DNA of 32,394 bases, taken from assembly GCA_043736905.1 (NCBI GenBank), contig JAYTBQ010000043.1, positions 1 through 32,394 of the forward strand. The letters are read 5' to 3'. Below the pieces are notes generated by a model. That model saw only the letters and a program-made list of their open reading frames with translations, was not told where the DNA came from and searched no databases. Every line of letters begins with the position of its first letter. Within the stretch, counting starts at the first letter, position 1. This document shows, piece by piece, positions 28,743 through 32,394 of the stretch. This DNA is from Minisyncoccota bacterium (lineage in GTDB: Bacteria; Patescibacteriota; Minisyncoccia; Phycocordibacterales; UBA5272). The translations under genes were made by a program, and so were the position numbers.

Positions 28743-28770
28743 GTGAGTTACCTCTACTCCACCCCGCTAT
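28743..28770 (-). pseudogene. tRNA(CAU) 5' fragment (acceptor 5' strand plus D-arm), 27/28 identical to the intact copy
   Basis: gtgagttacctctactccaccccgctat matches 28646..28673 with one mismatch. A degenerate anticodon-loop-like stretch (CTCACATAACCTC on the minus strand) follows. No T-arm or 3' acceptor strand is present. Confidence 0.7.
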
Positions 28771-29066
28771 CTATTTGAATTTGCTTTGTTCTTTCAAACG
28801 TCAACATATAGTACCATAATTTCGATGATTACACAATATTTTTTCAAAATTCCATCTTCTTTGCATTGAAATTATATCAAATATATAGTAGTATTTGATA
28901 TATTCGTTAGCGTAGCTCAAGAAGCTTGGGTCCAAGACATGAATCTGCGGATTCACTTCGAAGGACATCTGGAGATGATTCAGGAGAACCATATCTTGGA
29001 CTAGCAAGCGAAAGTTAAACAAATTATAAAATAAGAGTAATTTTTTATTTCGTAAGAATAATATAT

Positions 29067-29143
29067 GTCGGCGTAGCTCAGTTGGTTAGAGCACATCACT
29101 CATAAAGATGAGGCCGGTGGTTCAATTCCACCCGCCGACACCA
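29067..29143 (+). tRNA. tRNA-Met (CAU), elongator-like, CCA encoded
   Basis: Cloverleaf: GTCGGCG-TA-GCTC-AGTTGGTTA-GAGC-A-CATCA-CTCATAA-AGATG-AGGCC-GGTGG-TTCAATT-CCACC-CGCCGAC-A-CCA. The D-arm and anticodon arm closely resemble the E. coli elongator tRNA-Met. Confidence 0.9.
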
Positions 29144-29187
29144 AATAGTGCATACAAGGGTATATCATATTCTTCATAATTCTTTGA

Positions 29188-29196
29188 TGGTATACT
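29188..29196 (+). promoter_or_regulatory. extended -10 box (TGgTATACT) upstream of 29235..29921
   Basis: TGnTAnnnT match 38 nt upstream of ATG 29235. Confidence 0.45.
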
Positions 29197-29234
29197 TCAA
29201 AGTATACAAACGTATCATTTTACACAATAATCAC

Positions 29235-29921
29235 ATGCAAAAGACAGTACTCATTCTTTTAGTAATTTCATTAATATTTCTAACGTTGATTTCTATTGAT
29301 GCACGGCATTTCCTTGCACTTTATTATGTTGTATGGGTTGGTGGGGTTGGAACAATACTTTGGAAGTATCGTATACAGATAGAGGAGTATCTTTCATCTT
29401 GGAATTGTGGTGGATTTATTAAGTTTCTTTCTCTTGGTATTATTATGATTATTGCAGAAGAAGTACTTGCAGGTATTTCTATGCATCTGGCAACCTCTCG
29501 TGACTTTTTATTTCTGCTTAAGGGAATTGCTCAATTTTTAGCATTTAACCTTCTTGCTCTTCCCGGGTTTATTATCGCTTGGTATTACTTACTAAGTAAA
29601 TTCATGTATACAAGAAAAGAAGTTTTTGTCCTCGTTGGACTATTTGGACTTTTTGCAGAAAGTATTGGACTCAAAATAATAGGTAATCCTATAGCAGGTA
29701 TGACCCTTGTCTTACCAACAATGTTTACGTATGCCATCATTATTGCACCTTCTATAATGAGTTTTCGTAAAGATAAGGAGAAAAAGTTTCTTTCAATTTT
29801 TCCTCGTTATGTACTTGGTTTTATTATTCCAATAATCGTATCACTTCCATTTATTGGTATCTTGGCAATTCTAAAAAGTAATTTTCCGGGCGCATTCCCA
29901 CCAGCTGGATTTGTTGGTTAG
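29235..29921 (+). CDS. polytopic membrane protein of unknown function (about 6-7 TM)
   Basis: Hydrophobic segments occur throughout. The start is trimmed to MQKTVLILLVISLIF, because the longer ORF would begin 4 nt after the tRNA and run through the promoter box. Confidence 0.7.
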   Translation: MQKTVLILLVISLIFLTLISIDARHFLALYYVVWVGGVGTILWKYRIQIEEYLSSWNCGGFIKFLSLGIIMIIAEEVLAGISMHLATSRDFLFLLKGIAQFLAFNLLALPGFIIAWYYLLSKFMYTRKEVFVLVGLFGLFAESIGLKIIGNPIAGMTLVLPTMFTYAIIIAPSIMSFRKDKEKKFLSIFPRYVLGFIIPIIVSLPFIGILAILKSNFPGAFPPAGFVG

Positions 29922-29990
29922 ATAATCAAAATAACTCAAATAAAAATCTGCTTTCCTAAAAGCTAAAAGCTAATTGCTAATTGCTGCCCC

Positions 29991-31217
29991 CTATACCTCC
30001 CATTTCTTTGCAACATCATCCTTTTCTTTCTTTGCTGGTTCTACGAATCCTTGCTCAATATGAGCGAGCTTGAGAAGTGTGCGTGCCATTCTGTCATACG
30101 GAAATAGGGGGCAGAGCGATGACTTTGTAAGAGAAATTGAACACTGTGCCTGTAGGCTCTTATCAGGCTTCTGTGAGTTAGTAAAAGAGAAGCTGAGGGT
30201 AACATTCTCCACACTGTATTCCTGTAACTGTTTTGAAATTCCTAGTTCATCTAGTGTTCCATGAAGTGGAGTGAGTCCATATTCCTGTACTGAGCTTGGA
30301 AGTGTTAGCTTCATCCGCTTCTTTGTTTTTTCATTACCAAAAGAAAGTGTTGCCGACTTAATTTTCCATGTAAGAAGTGGTACACCTTTATTTGTCTTTG
30401 TAAAATCAAACGTCTCGTCTTTAAATGATGAAAGATTAAACGACTCAACTTTCCCTTCATAACCACTCTTACACACAATACGTAAGAACGTATCAAGGAA
30501 TATGAGTTTCTCATATTTACCACCCGTATACGAGATGAGCACCTCTTTGTCGCTTGGAAGATAGACAATTTTTACAACTTCATTTCTCCTTGTCGTTGAT
30601 GTCTTATCTATTTCGCCTGTTGTCGAATCTCGCTTTGCGGTGAGGATGGACGCTCCGTCAAATGTCATGGTGAGATACAGAAGTCCATCTAATGTCTTGT
30701 GCACAAAGTCGCACTCAGTAGCATTATCTTCTTTGTTTGCGATTCGTATGAACTCACGCATAAGCTCAGTGCTTGCAAAGTCTGCATCTGCTAGTGGAAC
30801 CTCTTTTGCTTCATAGAGCATATATCCTCGAGAACTATAGAAATCATGGAAGAATAGGACCTCATCAAATACTTCTCTGTTAAACATGTAGTGATAGAGC
30901 GCGCCATCGTGATCTGACGTATACTCAATCTGCTTTTCTTCTGCAATCTTCTTTTCTTTGAGCAGTGAACTAAAAAGCGCTGGAGAGTATTTTGTAGAGA
31001 TACTATTAACGAGTGCGAGCTCTTTTTCTATTTCAAATTTCTGTTCAATAGACAGTGAATTATAAAAATCCATGAACATACCAACCACGTTCTTTCTTGG
31101 CGTGGATTCCACAATCTCAAAGATAGCTGTTATCTCATGGCGCTTGTAGTACTCAGTAAGCACCTCATGAGAGTATATCTTTTTGAAATAGTTTTTTGGG
31201 GAAAATGATTGAGCCAT
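29991..31217 (-). CDS. 408-aa soluble protein of unknown function (no family recognised)
   Basis: A long uninterrupted ORF with no TM segment and no nucleotide-binding or nuclease motif recognisable by eye. A candidate extended -10 (TGATACACT on the minus strand) lies about 60 nt upstream. The gene appears monocistronic between two tRNA genes. Confidence 0.75.
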   Translation of the reverse strand: MAQSFSPKNYFKKIYSHEVLTEYYKRHEITAIFEIVESTPRKNVVGMFMDFYNSLSIEQKFEIEKELALVNSISTKYSPALFSSLLKEKKIAEEKQIEYTSDHDGALYHYMFNREVFDEVLFFHDFYSSRGYMLYEAKEVPLADADFASTELMREFIRIANKEDNATECDFVHKTLDGLLYLTMTFDGASILTAKRDSTTGEIDKTSTTRRNEVVKIVYLPSDKEVLISYTGGKYEKLIFLDTFLRIVCKSGYEGKVESFNLSSFKDETFDFTKTNKGVPLLTWKIKSATLSFGNEKTKKRMKLTLPSSVQEYGLTPLHGTLDELGISKQLQEYSVENVTLSFSFTNSQKPDKSLQAQCSISLTKSSLCPLFPYDRMARTLLKLAHIEQGFVEPAKKEKDDVAKKWEV

Positions 31218-31335
31218 ATAATGCTTGTGAGATGTTGATTAGTAAAAATAGAAAATGCACACAGTTGCATCAGTGTATCACGCCTTTTTATAATTATTAT
31301 CGGATAAAGTTGGCGCTTGAAAGATATTAGAATTA

Positions 31336-31344
31336 TGGTACAAT
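31336..31344 (+). promoter_or_regulatory. extended -10 box (TGgTACAAT) upstream of tRNA-Asp
   Basis: TGnTAnnnT match about 77 nt upstream of the mature tRNA 5' end. Confidence 0.4.
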
Positions 31345-31420
31345 GTTCCATATAAGTATATACTTGAGTATGTATTTAACGTGACAAGCAAGAACAATCT
31401 TGCTGGAATAAAATCAATAT

Positions 31421-31494
31421 GCGGTCGTAGCTCAGCTGGTTAGAGCACTGCCCTGTCACGGCAGGGGTCGTGGGTTCAAATCCCATCGACCGCG
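31421..31494 (+). tRNA. tRNA-Asp (GUC)
   Basis: Cloverleaf: GCGGTCG-TA-GCTC-AGCTGGTTA-GAGC-A-CTGCC-CTGTCAC-GGCAG-GGGTC-GTGGG-TTCAAAT-CCCAT-CGACCGC-G. The discriminator is G and no CCA is encoded. Confidence 0.92.
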
Positions 31495-31538
31495 CAAAAC
31501 TAAAAATACCCCAACTTCAATGTTGGGGTATTTTTAGT
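31495..31538 (+). repeat. 44-bp direct repeat copy 1 (tRNA-Asp 3' flank including its terminator)
   Basis: caaaactaaaaataccccaacttcaatgttggggtatttttagt is identical to 32247..32290. Confidence 0.9.
31502..31535 (+). terminator. intrinsic terminator of tRNA-Asp
   Basis: A 14-bp stem aaaaataccccaac / gttggggtattttt with loop ttcaat. Confidence 0.8.
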
Positions 31539-31768
31539 TTCTGCATCGGAGAGAAGTACAGCGCCTGCGCGCTGTACGCTGGGATTTGAATAGGGGTCGC
31601 GAAGTCTTATATTTTTGTAATCAAAAATAGACTTTGTGACCAAGTCCCAGTTGATATGATTGATAATATTTATTTTTTATTGTAGTGTATTATTACATAT
31701 CAGTGGTTGATGTGTCGTCTATGCGCTGTACGCCATATGACGTAACTTGTCCTTTACGGAGAGAAATC

Positions 31769-32167
31769 ATGAATAATGTAACTACCGCTCGTAGGCCGAC
31801 TGCTGTTGCTCTTGCGAACAAGTTCCTTTGGGAGCTTTTGCTGACTAATAAATGGGATCACATTTTTCTTGGTGACGAAAATACCGGGCTGAGTGTTTTC
31901 CCAAGAGAGATTTCATTTTGTCCGACAAAAGATGTGTGGACAGATGGCTCTCAAACAGAAGGGGACAGCAAACTTATCTCATATCTTGAATATTCAATAA
32001 GTTCGTGCGTTATTGTCGGCATGAGAAAAGAGTTCGTGGATGGTACTGAGTTATGGTACCCAAACTCAGTGCTACTTGATATGAGATTGCTTGCACAAGA
32101 TTTAATCTTACGTCACGGATCTAGTCTCGTCGCTACCCCACCATTGAAAGTCTGGTACAAAGAGTAA
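31769..32167 (+). CDS. 132-aa protein of unknown function carried on the repeat-bracketed cassette
   Basis: ATG 31769 is preceded by a clear SD (GGAGAG, 31758..31763, 5-nt spacer). The start is trimmed from the 160-aa ORF. No family was recognised. Confidence 0.6.
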   Translation: MNNVTTARRPTAVALANKFLWELLLTNKWDHIFLGDENTGLSVFPREISFCPTKDVWTDGSQTEGDSKLISYLEYSISSCVIVGMRKEFVDGTELWYPNSVLLDMRLLAQDLILRHGSSLVATPPLKVWYKE

Positions 32168-32185
32168 TGTTCTTTTCACTTTCTC

Positions 32186-32213
32186 AAGCACACCTTAGTT
32201 GGTGTGCTTTTAC
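32186..32213 (+). terminator. terminator-like hairpin after 31769..32167
   Basis: The stem aagcacacc / ggtgtgctt has loop ttagtt and is followed by a weak T-rich tract. Confidence 0.45.
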
Positions 32214-32246
32214 TATTCCAGTTCTCACTTCATCCACTAGCTCGCA

Positions 32247-32290
32247 CAAAACTAAAAATACCCCAACTTCAATGTTGGGGTATTTTTAGT
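32247..32290 (+). repeat. 44-bp direct repeat copy 2
   Basis: Identical to 31495..31538. The 4 nt upstream (cgca versus cgcg) and a degenerate resemblance to the tRNA-Asp 3' end (catccactagctcgca versus catcgaccgcg) extend the similarity. Confidence 0.9.
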
Positions 32291-32394
32291 CCGCGTAAAT
32301 CCTTCCGTGGCGTAAGCCCGTGAGATGGAGTGAGTCCCTGTATCAAGTTCTCCGTCGTAATGATACGATAGTGGTATGTCTGCAAAACAAGAGT
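32252..32394 (-). CDS. 3' end of a HicA-like toxin gene running in from beyond the window (partial)
   Basis: The minus-strand translation is SCFADIPLSYHYDGELDTGTHSISRAYATEGFTRTKNTPTLKLGYF*. It resembles the HicA C-terminal half (..vP.H...eL..GT...I..qaG....F). The last 13 codons and the stop lie inside direct repeat copy 2. Confidence 0.35.
   Translation of the reverse strand, partial: SCFADIPLSYHYDGELDTGTHSISRAYATEGFTRTKNTPTLKLGYF

Noticed and set aside
28493-28819. 108-aa plus-strand ORF and 60-aa ORF (27355..27537) in the IS/tRNA region.
   Set aside because: They read antisense through the tRNA gene, its fragments, terminator hairpins and the IS end. They are explained by those features.
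28874-28901. AT-only inverted repeat atatcaaata-tatagtag-tatttgatat.
   Set aside because: It is a pure AT palindrome in AT-rich intergenic DNA. It could be promoter or operator related, but cannot be distinguished from chance without comparative data.

Overview
AT-rich, tightly packed bacterial window. The gene content looks like an uncultivated Patescibacteria/CPR (Parcubacteria-type) genome: a type IV pilus plus comF, secreted proteins with Cys-rich DGS motifs, thrombospondin-type Ca-binding repeats and few metabolic genes. This assignment is inference only. Layout by region: (1) 0.3-8.2 kb holds housekeeping and secreted proteins: a PG-binding secreted protein, a CapA-family protein, a DUF2130 nuclease-like protein, a YgjP/DUF45 metallopeptidase, an HI0933-type flavoprotein, ung and a META-domain protein. 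(2) 8.3-21.4 kb holds a complete type IV pilus / competence-type cluster: comF (divergent), pilM, PilN/O/P-like genes, pilB, pilT, pilC, then a major pilin, pilD and four minor pilins. A 1-kb decayed HicB/HicA-like toxin-antitoxin relic lies between pilC and the pilin gene. (3) Next come ligA, a 620-bp GC-enriched noncoding stretch with two intrinsic terminators (candidate sRNAs), and gatC-gatA. (4) 25.9-32.4 kb is an accessory tRNA island. It contains a monocistronic protein with TSP3 repeats, a TM segment and a HEPN-like (Rx4H) domain. It also contains a 1049-bp IS with perfect 19-bp inverted repeats inside a scrambled tRNA(CAU) locus (one intact copy plus 5' and 3' fragments), a second tRNA-Met, a polytopic membrane protein, and an orphan 408-aa protein with its own promoter. 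After tRNA-Asp comes a 708-bp cassette bracketed by 44-bp direct repeats of the tRNA terminator, and a hicA-like gene end at the window edge. No CRISPR array, rRNA or reverse transcriptase was seen. A recurring extended -10 box (TGnTAnnnT) lies 6-9 nt upstream of several ATG start codons, which suggests widespread leaderless transcription. The best candidates for something new are the TSP3/TM/HEPN-like protein, the 408-aa orphan, and the repeat-bracketed cassette at tRNA-Asp. None can be assigned a function from sequence alone.
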